Sequence record: SRR31156797_5111
Reading direction: 5' to 3' (one strand)
Length of the DNA: 39,182 bases
Under the pieces are notes generated by a model, which saw only the letters and a list, made by a program, of their open reading frames with translations, made no database searches and was not told the origin of the DNA. Below, in pieces: positions 1 to 8,562 of this stretch (position 1 is the first letter of the stretch; each line of letters starts with the position of its first letter). Position numbers and translations under genes: made by a program.

Positions 1-33
1 GTTTGGACGCGGGTTCGACTCCCGCCATCTCCA
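1..33 (+). ncRNA. ssrA: tmRNA 3' end (T-arm and acceptor strand), truncated by the window start
   Basis: GTTTGGACGCGGGTTCGACTCCCGCCATCTCCA closely matches the Firmicute/Enterococcus tmRNA 3' end as I recall it (T-loop GTTCGAC, Ala-type acceptor strand ...TCTCCA). Confidence 0.88.
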
Positions 34-41
34 TTTTAAAC

Positions 42-120
42 TGTCAGTAAGTGACACTAAGAGCCAAAACCTTGATTTTACAGGGTTTTGGCTTTTTACT
101 TGTGCCAGTATGTGACACTA
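42..120. repeat. Two 18-bp imperfect direct repeats flanking a hairpin; candidate integrase arm/att-associated sites
   Basis: TGTCAGTAAGTGACACTA (42-59) and TGCCAGTATGTGACACTA (103-120), 16/18 identical, immediately after the ssrA 3' end. Confidence 0.7.
62..97 (+). terminator. Intrinsic terminator downstream of ssrA
   Basis: AGCCAAAACCTTG-atttta-CAGGGTTTTGGCT followed by a T-tract. Confidence 0.75.
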
Positions 121-270
121 TTTGACTACCAATCTAAATAGTTTTTTCAAAAGCACGCAAAAAAAATCCCGCCACTCCGAAAAGTGGTGGGCTAGAAGTG
201 ATGCCGTCCGCTGGCGTGCTTCCTAAATCCTTCTGTGTCGCCTTCTCTGATTTCTATAGGATATAAAAAC

Positions 271-336
271 AAAGAGAACCTTAGAATAGTCACGTCGCTA
301 CAGTGTGATTACGATATTCTAAGTGTTCTCTTTTTT
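271..336. terminator. Imperfect stem-loop, likely terminator of the xre gene
   Basis: AAAGAGAAC-CTTAGAAT...ATTCTAAG-T-GTTCTCTTT inverted repeat with flanking A/T tracts. Confidence 0.55.
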
Positions 337-359
337 GCCTTAGCCTACTTTTCAAAAAG

Positions 360-575
360 TTATTTTTTCGTGAGTCTGATAATTTCTGAAATATCGTCAA
401 TTTCTAATGCATTAGCGATTCTTTCAATATGTTGAAGGTAAACTTTCTCTCGTTTTCCATTTGCCAGCTTATTAATAATCGAAGGTTCAATATCCGATAA
501 GCGTGCTAACTCTCTTAGAGAAATTCCTCGGCTTTTTACAAGCTCTTTTAAGCCTATTTCTATTCTTCTGTTCAT
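360..575 (-). CDS. Xre/Cro-like helix-turn-helix regulator (71 aa)
   Basis: LKELVKSRGISLRELARLSDIEPSIINKLANG...IERIANALEI is a typical Xre HTH; SD AAAGGTGGGG precedes the ATG at 575. Confidence 0.85.
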   Translation of the reverse strand: MNRRIEIGLKELVKSRGISLRELARLSDIEPSIINKLANGKREKVYLQHIERIANALEIDDISEIIRLTKK

Positions 576-602
576 GTGTTCCCCACCTTTTCTGCAAACA
601 GA

Positions 603-664
603 TGTTGTTCCTAGAGACATCATATAGTAAAATAGGATTAAAAGTGGTGTCTATACAAACATCA
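603..664. promoter_or_regulatory. Two 20-bp imperfect palindromes, putative Xre operators
   Basis: TGTTGT-N8-ACATCA (603-622) and TGGTGT-N8-ACATCA (645-664) between divergent genes. Confidence 0.55.
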
Positions 665-689
665 ATAAAATCAGAATGGAGGCGTTACG

Positions 690-989
690 TTGAAAGAAAT
701 AGAAAAGATGGGTATTAAGACGAGTAATAAGCAGCCGGTAAAAGAAATTAGCTACCAGGACATATATGGTTTAGGAGATACTTTGGAGCAATTGAAATCT
801 TGGCAAGAACCACTCGGTGTATTAGAAAAATTTTTCAGTGACAAAAAAAGACCCGTGAATAAGCAGAAAATCATCCGAGATTATCATGCCTGCTCCTTAT
901 TATTCCATGTTTTTCTCACAGACTTAGGTAGCTCCCTCGAAAAACTGGAACTCCAGATTGGTGATTTAAAGACTCGAAGAAAAGTTTAA
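690..989 (+). CDS. Hypothetical protein (99 aa), mobile-element type
   Basis: ORF with SD GGAGG and TTG start, followed by a hairpin at about 995-1040. Confidence 0.65.
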   Translation: MKEIEKMGIKTSNKQPVKEISYQDIYGLGDTLEQLKSWQEPLGVLEKFFSDKKRPVNKQKIIRDYHACSLLFHVFLTDLGSSLEKLELQIGDLKTRRKV

Positions 990-1136
990 TACCAGAACGA
1001 TAGGTTGAGCTCCTATCAAGGTATAGACTATCGTTCTCTTTGCTAATTGGTTTGATAATTGAAAATGTTTAACAGCTTATTCCCTTAGTTCTTCCCATTT
1101 GATATGATGAAAGCATCAAACGAAGGACGTGATTAG

Positions 1137-1505
1137 ATGAAACTAACCTTACTGGCTCCCTCTTTTTCTGTCATCCAAGTAAAGAGTATTGATCCTTCGA
1201 TACTGAAGATTGTTCCTCTTTTTTTTGCCCATACGTCAGAAGAACTTTCTTTGGTGTTACCAACTGCAAACGTTCCAGCTGAAACGCTAAACAGAGAAGA
1301 TGGATGGAAAGCGATGAAAATAATTGGTGTGCTGGATTTTAGCTTGATTGGCATTATTGCAAAAATCTCTTCCCTTCTAGCCGAGGAGTCAATCAGTATT
1401 TTTGCTGTTTCTACCTTCAATACTGATTATATTTTAATCAAGGAGCATCAGGTAGAACAAGCTCGTACTGTTTTAACCGCCAATGATTATTCTTTTGTCA
1501 ATTGA
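1137..1505 (+). CDS. ACT-domain protein (ACT_7/CASTOR-like)
   Basis: GVLDFSLIGIIAKISSLLAEESISIFAVSTFNTDYILIK signature. Confidence 0.85.
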   Translation: MKLTLLAPSFSVIQVKSIDPSILKIVPLFFAHTSEELSLVLPTANVPAETLNREDGWKAMKIIGVLDFSLIGIIAKISSLLAEESISIFAVSTFNTDYILIKEHQVEQARTVLTANDYSFVN

Positions 1506-1551
1506 GAAAAAACTTTTTCTTCCTTACTACAAGTTACTCTCGATCGCTTTA

Positions 1552-1606
1552 TGAAATACAAAAGAACGACTGAACCAAAGAAGTTCAGTCGTTCTTTTGT
1601 ATTTCA
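1552..1606. terminator. Bidirectional terminator with a perfect 24-bp stem
   Basis: TGAAATACAAAAGAACGACTGAAC-caaagaa-GTTCAGTCGTTCTTTTGTATTTCA. Confidence 0.8.
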
Positions 1607-1701
1607 CTTGTCGTTGAAGAAAGATAAGAGTACTGGGTATCCCAAATAAAAGACTTCCCCAAGCTTTCATTTTCCCCAGTACTCTTCATTGCTCGTTGTT
1701 A
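1552..1701 (-). ncRNA. Candidate sRNA copy 1 (about 150 nt, GGGG-loop hairpin)
   Basis: Minus-strand TTGAAT-17-TATGAT promoter, 62-nt core shared with 11955-12016, terminator at 1552-1606. Confidence 0.6.
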
Positions 1702-1706
1702 AGATA

Positions 1707-1735
1707 ATCATAATACAAAAATGATTTTTATTCAA
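1707..1735 (-). promoter_or_regulatory. Sigma-A promoter for candidate sRNA copy 1
   Basis: -35 TTGAAT (1735-1730), 17-bp spacer, -10 TATGAT (1712-1707). Confidence 0.6.
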
Positions 1736-1925
1736 TAACTATGCTTTAAAAATAAACAAAATGCTATTTTGTGACAATTTATAGGGGTTTCACTTCATTT
1801 CTAGCTAATATTCCCTATATCTGTTTATATTCTAAATCGTTACGTGAAGCATCAGTTGATGAGATGCGATCCCTTCGATAGCGATCCTCCTTCTTTTAAA
1901 GTTTTGAATTTGAGGAAATTCAGCC

Positions 1926-1994
1926 TTGTCAATCTCGCATTCCCATGCTAACATGAATATGCAAACGTTAACATTAAAATGCACACGTGAACAT
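1926..1994 (+). promoter_or_regulatory. Sigma-A promoter plus cre site and a second LacI-like operator
   Basis: TTGTCA-17-TAACAT with TG extension; ATGCAAACGTTAACAT (1959-1974) fits the cre consensus; ATGCACACGTGAACAT lies 20 bp downstream. Confidence 0.7.
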
Positions 1995-2014
1995 TAGTTT
2001 GAGGAGGATTTTTA

Positions 2015-3115
2015 ATGGCAAAAATTACAGATGTACAAACAGCGTATTATCGGATACCTCTTCCGGAAATCATGGAAGATGCGAAGCACGGCTTACACAC
2101 CCACTTTGAAGTGCCTATCGTCAAGATCGTTACTGATGAGGGACGTGAAGGTGTGGGCTATACGTATTCTGGTGGCTTCGGTGGCGAATCGATTGCCAAA
2201 CTGATCGACAAAGAACTAAAAGCAATCCTCTTAGGGAAAGATCCAGCATGTGTGGAGGCCTTGTGGGATCAGATGAACTGGGGCATTCACTATGTTGCCA
2301 GAGGCGGTTTAGCGAGTTTCGCCATTGCGGCTTGTGATATTGCCTTATGGGACTTACGCGCGAAAAAAGCACAAGAACCCCTCTACAAACTTTTAGGCGG
2401 CGCAAGTAACAAAGTCAAATGCTATGGTGGTGCGATCGATCTAAACTTTTCTCTTGAAAAACTCTTAGCCAATAATCAAAAATATTTAGACATGGGATTA
2501 AAAGCGGTCAAAATCAAATTGGGCCAAAAAACACTTGCCGAAGATATTGCTCGAATAAAAGCGGTCAGAGAATTGATTGGTCCCGATGTTGTCTTTATGG
2601 TGGATGCCAACATGAGCTGGTCTGTTGAAAAAGCGATCAAAGCCGCCAAACTGATGGCGCCTTATGACATTTTGTTCCTTGAAGAACCAACAATCCCCGA
2701 AGATTACGAAGGCTACGCTCGTATCGCTAAAGAAGGGCAAATTGCAGTCGCAGGCGGGGAAAACTTGCGCACCCCTATTGAGTTTGCTCATATGATCAAA
2801 TATGGCAATGTCGATTTTCCACAACCCGACGCTTCCAATTGCGGTGGGATCACCGGCTGGTTGAAAATTGCTGCCTTAACACAAACAAGTAACTTATCTG
2901 TTTCTACACATGGCATGCAGGAATTACACGTCAGTCTACTGGCGGCGATGCCTAATGCTGGGTATCTTGAAATGCACAGTTTTCCAATCGATCAATACAC
3001 CACGAGACCATTAGTGATCGATCCATCCGATGGCCGTGCGATTGCACCAGAAGAACCAGGGATTGGTGTCATATTTGACTGGGAGAAACTTGCTCCTCAT
3101 AAACAACCCTTTTAA
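2015..3115 (+). CDS. Mandelate racemase/muconate lactonizing family enolase-superfamily enzyme (probable sugar-acid dehydratase)
   Basis: AACDIALWDL, KIK, DAN, EEP, GEN and catalytic His (STHG) motifs. Confidence 0.9.
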   Translation: MAKITDVQTAYYRIPLPEIMEDAKHGLHTHFEVPIVKIVTDEGREGVGYTYSGGFGGESIAKLIDKELKAILLGKDPACVEALWDQMNWGIHYVARGGLASFAIAACDIALWDLRAKKAQEPLYKLLGGASNKVKCYGGAIDLNFSLEKLLANNQKYLDMGLKAVKIKLGQKTLAEDIARIKAVRELIGPDVVFMVDANMSWSVEKAIKAAKLMAPYDILFLEEPTIPEDYEGYARIAKEGQIAVAGGENLRTPIEFAHMIKYGNVDFPQPDASNCGGITGWLKIAALTQTSNLSVSTHGMQELHVSLLAAMPNAGYLEMHSFPIDQYTTRPLVIDPSDGRAIAPEEPGIGVIFDWEKLAPHKQPF

Positions 3116-3118
3116 CTG

Positions 3119-3166
3119 AAAACCCACGATTATTTCCTTTAGGATTAGGAAATAATCGTGGGTTTT
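3119..3166. terminator. Bidirectional terminator
   Basis: Perfect 20-bp inverted repeat between convergent genes. Confidence 0.8.
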
Positions 3167-3168
3167 TA

Positions 3169-4584
3169 TTACAGAATCAATGGCTTTTCTTCAAATGGAA
3201 GCCACCGTTCATCAATAAGGGAACGATACCAAGCGGCTGATTTTTTTAATGACCGGGTCCGTTCTTCATTTAACTCAATTCGGACGAGACCATAGCGGTT
3301 CTTAAATGCATTCATAGGTGAAACACAATCGGTAAATGCCCAAAGCATATAGCCTTCGCAGTTGGCGCCTTCCTCGACGGCTTTTAGCAGCCAGTAAAGA
3401 TGTTCGGTAATAAACTGAATCCGATAATCATCTTGGACTTGACCTGTGGCATCCATATACTGTTCTTCATTTTCCCGCCCCATACCATTTTCAGTGATCA
3501 GCCATGGAATATTGCCATAATTTTCTTTAAGATAATTAGCCATATCGTACATGACCTTCGGATAGATTTCCCAGCCACGGGAGTTATTCATTTGTTTTCC
3601 TGGCAAATCAAATGTCTCATAAAACATTTCTGGATGAAATGGTGTATCCGAATGCCATTGATATCGTGGTGCCCGCACGCGTTTCGGGTAGTACTGATTG
3701 ACACCTAAGAAATCCACCGTATGGGTGCGGATCGTTTCCAAATCTTCTTCTGTCGGATCAAAGTAGATGTCATAGGTTTGGCAAAGTGTGATAAGTTCCT
3801 CTGGATAATGACCTTTGACCATTGGATCAAAAAAGATCCGGTTGAAAAAGAGATCATACATTTTTTGCGCTTTTTGATCCTCCGGTGAGGAAGAGCGTGC
3901 GTAAACCATTTCTGGATTTAGCACACAACCGATGCGCCCCTCGTAGCCCTTTTCATGATAGACAGCCACCGCTTGGGCGGACGCCAATACTTTGTGATAG
4001 TTCCAAAGCATCCATTTTTTTGTGTTTTGCTCATGGGGCCAGCGGATCGCATCGAGATAGCAACGAGTCTGAATAACGATCGGCTCATTGAAGGTAACCC
4101 ACTGTTTGACTCGATCACCGTAACGCTCGAAGGCGATTTCGGCATAACGGGTATATAGATCGACCACTTTCCGCGAGCTCCAGCCATCATAGGCATCCAT
4201 CAAACTAGCTGGCAGTTCATAATGTTCCAAACAAAGCATCGGTTCGACGCCAGCCGCAAGCAATTGGTCGATAAGCTGATCGATATGAGCAGCATAGTCT
4301 TCGTCAACGATCAGCTGTTCATGGTCGGTAAAGAAGCGCGCCCAGTTGATCGATGTTCGGTAATGGGTCAAATGAACCTCCTGCATCAGTTCAACATCCT
4401 CTGAAAACTTTTCCATAAAATTCGTCGCAACAGCCGGCCCGTAGCCATTATGCCAGACAAAGCGTTCTTCTTTGTACCAGCGGTCGAGATACGAATCTTG
4501 CCCTTCTTTCTTTCCTTGCCAGCCTTCTGTCTGCCAAGCAGACGAAGCAGCCCCTAAAATAAATGTTTCAGGTATTTTTACCAT
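3169..4584 (-). CDS. Glycoside hydrolase family 1 (6-phospho-beta-glucosidase-like)
   Basis: TFNEP and ITENG catalytic motifs; next to PTS IIC. Confidence 0.93.
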   Translation of the reverse strand: MVKIPETFILGAASSAWQTEGWQGKKEGQDSYLDRWYKEERFVWHNGYGPAVATNFMEKFSEDVELMQEVHLTHYRTSINWARFFTDHEQLIVDEDYAAHIDQLIDQLLAAGVEPMLCLEHYELPASLMDAYDGWSSRKVVDLYTRYAEIAFERYGDRVKQWVTFNEPIVIQTRCYLDAIRWPHEQNTKKWMLWNYHKVLASAQAVAVYHEKGYEGRIGCVLNPEMVYARSSSPEDQKAQKMYDLFFNRIFFDPMVKGHYPEELITLCQTYDIYFDPTEEDLETIRTHTVDFLGVNQYYPKRVRAPRYQWHSDTPFHPEMFYETFDLPGKQMNNSRGWEIYPKVMYDMANYLKENYGNIPWLITENGMGRENEEQYMDATGQVQDDYRIQFITEHLYWLLKAVEEGANCEGYMLWAFTDCVSPMNAFKNRYGLVRIELNEERTRSLKKSAAWYRSLIDERWLPFEEKPLIL

Positions 4585-4599
4585 TTTTTTAAAACTCCT

Positions 4600-5904
4600 T
4601 TATGCAACTTCATTGGTCGTACGATTCATTACCAAAACAAAAGGTAGATAGATCAAAATCGCCACGACAATACAGATCACTTGCGTGATCACAGCCCCGA
4701 TATCCCCAGCAGTAGCTAGATAAGCATTGACGATCGGTGGCATCGGCCATGGGACCATTACCACCGCTTTAGCGGCAAAGCCTAGACTTGTCGCCACGTA
4801 CCCAATCGTTCCTGTTACTAACGGTGTCAGGATAAAGGGAATCGCCAAAATGGGATTCAGCATAATTGGCATTCCGAAGATCACTGGCTCATTGATATTG
4901 AAAATCCCAGGTGCTAATGACAATTTAGTGATTTGGCGCATGTCCTCCCGTTTACCGACGATCAAAATTGCAATCAGCAAACCAATCGTCACGCCAGAGC
5001 CGCCCATACTCATATACATATCCCAAAACGGCATCGTAATGATATTGGGTACTTCTTTCCCAGCTTCAAAAGCTTCCGTGTTGACGGCGATCGCTGCCAG
5101 CAACAATGGTTCTCGAATGGGTTTGACCATCTGGTTCCCATGAATCCCGATGACCCAAAAGACTTGTGCGATAAACATCAACAACAAGATGCCTGGTAAG
5201 CCTTGGACGATTCCTTCCAGTGGTCGTTGGACGACATTGTAGATGATATCGTAGGCATACATCCCTGTGAGTGCTTTGATAGCAAAACCAGCGGTGGCGA
5301 TGATGGTCACGGTGAAAATCGTTGGAAACAATGCCGAAAAACTTGCCGAAACATTCCCTGGAACACTATCAGGCATCGTGATCTGCAGCCGTTTTTGTCT
5401 TCCTAGCCACGCATAAAGCTCGATGGAAACGATTGCAACGAACATGCCTAAAAATAGACCTTTCGTGTCCGTGTATTGCTTAGCCAGCACGTTTTCGGCA
5501 ACCACCGTCGCATCTTCGTGCAAAAATTCAAAGATCATTGGATTAACAGAAAGATAAGACATCACGGCGATGATTCCTGGAAAGACCCCAGAAATCTTAT
5601 TTAGTTTTGCTAGCTCAATCCCAATCAAAAACACTGCATAGATCGTTAAGAAACTCAATGTCACATAACTGACCGCAGATGAGATTGGTTTTAAACTTTC
5701 TAAAAAGCGCAGTACCTCGATTTGTGCCAATCCATTTTCAGCATCAAAAACCATTGCTGAAAACAATGTACCAAATGCCCCTGTAATGATTACTGGAATC
5801 AAAGCAGCAAAGGCATTTTTAATGACCATGATGTAGCGTAAATTGTTGATCCTGTTGGCAAATTTTCCCAAAACGTCAGCGAGTCGATCCATAAATCCTT
5901 GCAT
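4600..5904 (-). CDS. PTS lactose/cellobiose-family IIC component
   Basis: Multi-TM protein with FWVIGIHG, GGSG and FNINEPVIFGMPIMLNP motifs. Confidence 0.93.
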   Translation of the reverse strand: MQGFMDRLADVLGKFANRINNLRYIMVIKNAFAALIPVIITGAFGTLFSAMVFDAENGLAQIEVLRFLESLKPISSAVSYVTLSFLTIYAVFLIGIELAKLNKISGVFPGIIAVMSYLSVNPMIFEFLHEDATVVAENVLAKQYTDTKGLFLGMFVAIVSIELYAWLGRQKRLQITMPDSVPGNVSASFSALFPTIFTVTIIATAGFAIKALTGMYAYDIIYNVVQRPLEGIVQGLPGILLLMFIAQVFWVIGIHGNQMVKPIREPLLLAAIAVNTEAFEAGKEVPNIITMPFWDMYMSMGGSGVTIGLLIAILIVGKREDMRQITKLSLAPGIFNINEPVIFGMPIMLNPILAIPFILTPLVTGTIGYVATSLGFAAKAVVMVPWPMPPIVNAYLATAGDIGAVITQVICIVVAILIYLPFVLVMNRTTNEVA

Positions 5905-6074
5905 AAAACTCCCTCCTATACCTTATTCTTCAATTGATGGAAAACGATTACATTACAAATGTAATTCATTTATTGAAGAATGTAAACGCAGGAAAAGCCT
6001 TTAAAACAGGGTATGTAAAGCTCCACGTTTACATACTTCGTTTTATCACTTATTATTATTTTGAGGTGAAGCAA

Positions 6075-6776
6075 ATGGCGAACTACCATGACATCGCTGC
6101 CGATTTACGGAGCAAAATCAATCACGGGTTTTACGAAGAAGAGAAAAAATTGCCGAAGCAATCCGAACTGGCTGCGGATTATCAAACGAGCCGCGTGACG
6201 ATTCAAAAAGCATTGAATATTTTACAAATGGAAGGCATTATTTACGGTAAAAAAGGCACGGGTACGTTTATCAGGGATTCCTATTCAACCTTCGATTACA
6301 ACGCCAAGATCAATCGCGGGCTGACCAAGCGCCTTGGAGAAACAGGAAAGATCACCAGCAAGATCATTTCTTTTGCCATTCTTTTTCCCGATGAGAAAGA
6401 ACAAGAAAAACTAAACATTCGCAGTGACCAGCAAATTTATGATATCGTTCGTTTGCGTCTATTTGACGATATACCCGTTGTTTTAGAATATACCATCATG
6501 CCGCTTCATGTCATTCCTGGCATTACCGAAGAAGTCTTAGCCTCTTCCGTCTATAGCTACATCACGAACCAACTCCACTCCTCGATTGGAACATCTGTCC
6601 GTCGTATCAAAGCGGATCGTACAGACACCTACGACCAGCAATACTTAGCTTGTGCTGCCACCGATCCCATTTTAGAAGTGGAACAAACGGTTTACCTCGG
6701 CGATGGGACGCCTTTTGAATTTTCCCAATCACGGCACCGCTATGATATGGGGGATTTTATTGTTGTAAATAATTAA
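6075..6776 (+). CDS. GntR (HutC/UTRA) transcriptional regulator
   Basis: LPKQSELAADYQTSRVTIQKAL HTH and UTRA C-terminus; SD GAGGTG before the ATG at 6075. Confidence 0.9.
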   Translation: MANYHDIAADLRSKINHGFYEEEKKLPKQSELAADYQTSRVTIQKALNILQMEGIIYGKKGTGTFIRDSYSTFDYNAKINRGLTKRLGETGKITSKIISFAILFPDEKEQEKLNIRSDQQIYDIVRLRLFDDIPVVLEYTIMPLHVIPGITEEVLASSVYSYITNQLHSSIGTSVRRIKADRTDTYDQQYLACAATDPILEVEQTVYLGDGTPFEFSQSRHRYDMGDFIVVNN

Positions 6777-6825
6777 TACGCTGCGTATCGATCCTCACTC
6801 AGAGGCACTCGATACGCAGCGTATT
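6775..6825. terminator. Bidirectional terminator
   Basis: AATACGCTGCGTATCGA...TCGATACGCAGCGTATT. Confidence 0.75.
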
Positions 6826-7596
6826 TTACTTAAAATACTGCTGATAGACTGTTTGACCAATTTCTCTTAGCCAACTGATCCCTCGGCCACTACCGGCTTT
6901 ATCATAGGAAAATGCCGCAATGATGATCGTCGTTTCATTGGCTTGTAAATATGCTACATCGTGTTCGATGCGGTCAAGACGACCTGTCTTATTAAAAATG
7001 CGGCAAGAAGGCTGCGCAGTTTCAGCAAAATTCCCCGCTAATCCATCTTGAAATTGCTGCTGATTTAAAGGTGAAAATCCTAGTGCAGCTTCTTCTCGTT
7101 CCACACACCTTAGTAGCAGTTTGGCAGCCACCGAGGGTGTCAAGCGGTTCTCTTTGTCTTTGATCGGTCGCATCATATACCGTTCAAATTGGATCTCCGG
7201 CTCCTGAATCCATGCCTGAAGCGTGGGCAACCCTACTAAGTCCAATAGTACATTGGTCGCAGTATTATCAGATACGGCGATCATTGCCGTGAGAAGTTCA
7301 CTGATGGTCCAACCTTTCTTCTGAGGAAAAAGACGGATCACCCCAGCACCCCCTGTCAGATCAACAGGGCTCACACAAATTACCTGTTGGGGATCGATCT
7401 TTTTTTCGATGATTTGTTCAAGATAATACGCGTACAAAACAAGCTTACTAATACTCGCTGCCGAAAACGACTTTTGACCCTGATAGTCAACAAGACATTC
7501 CGTTGGCGTACCGATCCATACCCCCATTTCCAACGTTGCCTGGTAGTTTTTTAGAATAGGATCAATTGCTACACGCAAGTCATCTTTTCCCATCAA
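6826..7596 (-). CDS. Cytoplasmic serine hydrolase with class A beta-lactamase fold (putative peptidase)
   Basis: SxxK (SISK), SDN and KTG motifs; no signal peptide. Confidence 0.85.
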   Translation of the reverse strand: MMGKDDLRVAIDPILKNYQATLEMGVWIGTPTECLVDYQGQKSFSAASISKLVLYAYYLEQIIEKKIDPQQVICVSPVDLTGGAGVIRLFPQKKGWTISELLTAMIAVSDNTATNVLLDLVGLPTLQAWIQEPEIQFERYMMRPIKDKENRLTPSVAAKLLLRCVEREEAALGFSPLNQQQFQDGLAGNFAETAQPSCRIFNKTGRLDRIEHDVAYLQANETTIIIAAFSYDKAGSGRGISWLREIGQTVYQQYFK

Positions 7597-7629
7597 ATGC
7601 CCCTTTCCTTACGATCATGAAAAGAATGT

Positions 7630-8541
7630 TCATGAGTATTCCTGTGATTCATTCGGCTGGTTTTGCCAATAACGCGCCACAACTGCGAGTTCTGGTTCAT
7701 AATTAGAGCCAGTGATTTTGGTTTTCATGACCCGTGACCCAGGTGTTCTTGAATGAATCATTTCGTCATCCCCCAAATATAGACCGACATGATGGACTTC
7801 GCCTTTTCCTTCTTCATAAGCAAACAACAGCAGATCCCCTGGTTGTGCCTGACTGTAAGGTACGATGTTTGCTTGTTGTGCTTGCTCGATCGTATCTCGG
7901 GGGATTAAAATACCATGAAGTCGATGCAGCGAATACATGAATCCAGAACAGTCAAAGCCACTGCCGCTAATGCCTGCCCAGACATAGGGCTGGTTTATAA
8001 ATTGTTCTGCCAAGGCTATTATTTTTTCTGGGAGCTTTGCCCATGTGTCCGATAGGACGTGAGCAAAAGCTTTAGCGATCGTTGCTGGTCCATTAGGCGT
8101 AGCCACTTGATAGGAATCTGCGGTTTCCCCAACAAGTGGTAAAACTGTTCCAAAAGAAACAAGTCGTGTGGTCGAGTCAAAAACAAGCACGGCTTCTTTT
8201 GCAATCACACCAATCCTTCTTTTGGCTGTTGCATAGTCTGGTGACAATGGCTTCAATACCTCGTTCGGCAGATAACCCGGATACCCGAGTGGGTGTTTAT
8301 TGCTTATTTGATCCAAGACGATCACATGGGACCAACCATCCGTTTGGGCGATGACTTCTACAATCGTCCCATATAATACTTCGGAGTCCACTAAGCTTTC
8401 CTGATAAAGCCGCATCGTATCTTCATCAGTCAAAAAAGTGTGCAGTGCTTCTAAAGGAAATGCTTTGATTTTTGCTAGTACTTTGTTTTCTTTGGGTTCC
8501 TTCCATAAGAAGGAAGAGCCAGCCTGAACAATTTGTTTCAT
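7630..8541 (-). CDS. NlpC/P60 (C40) peptidase, YkfC-like gamma-D-glutamyl dipeptidyl-peptidase
   Basis: PYVWAG...GFDCSG, HHVGLY, MIHS; SH3-like N-terminus; no signal peptide; SD GAGGAG before the ATG at 8541. Confidence 0.88.
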   Translation of the reverse strand: MKQIVQAGSSFLWKEPKENKVLAKIKAFPLEALHTFLTDEDTMRLYQESLVDSEVLYGTIVEVIAQTDGWSHVIVLDQISNKHPLGYPGYLPNEVLKPLSPDYATAKRRIGVIAKEAVLVFDSTTRLVSFGTVLPLVGETADSYQVATPNGPATIAKAFAHVLSDTWAKLPEKIIALAEQFINQPYVWAGISGSGFDCSGFMYSLHRLHGILIPRDTIEQAQQANIVPYSQAQPGDLLLFAYEEGKGEVHHVGLYLGDDEMIHSRTPGSRVMKTKITGSNYEPELAVVARYWQNQPNESQEYS

Positions 8542-8562
8542 CTTTGCTCCTCTCATAACTGT

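Larger units (their letters stand above)
34..1040. mobile_element. Remnant islet of an integrative element or phage satellite at the ssrA 3' end; no integrase
   Basis: tmRNA-adjacent location, paired repeats, Xre HTH gene plus divergent ORF with two operator-like palindromes; right boundary uncertain. Confidence 0.5.

Noticed and set aside
1-33. tRNA gene
   Set aside because: The sequence matches the tmRNA 3' end (GTTTGGAC lead-in, Ala-like acceptor) better than a tRNA
167-178. TCCCGCCACTCC as a second att copy of the ssrA end
   Set aside because: Short, gapped match that is also explained as one arm of a hairpin
1830-1892. Perfect SD (AAGGAGG) on the minus strand
   Set aside because: No canonical start at proper spacing and only about 15 codons open
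6826-7596. Beta-lactam resistance gene
   Set aside because: No signal peptide, and the context points to cytoplasmic peptide catabolism
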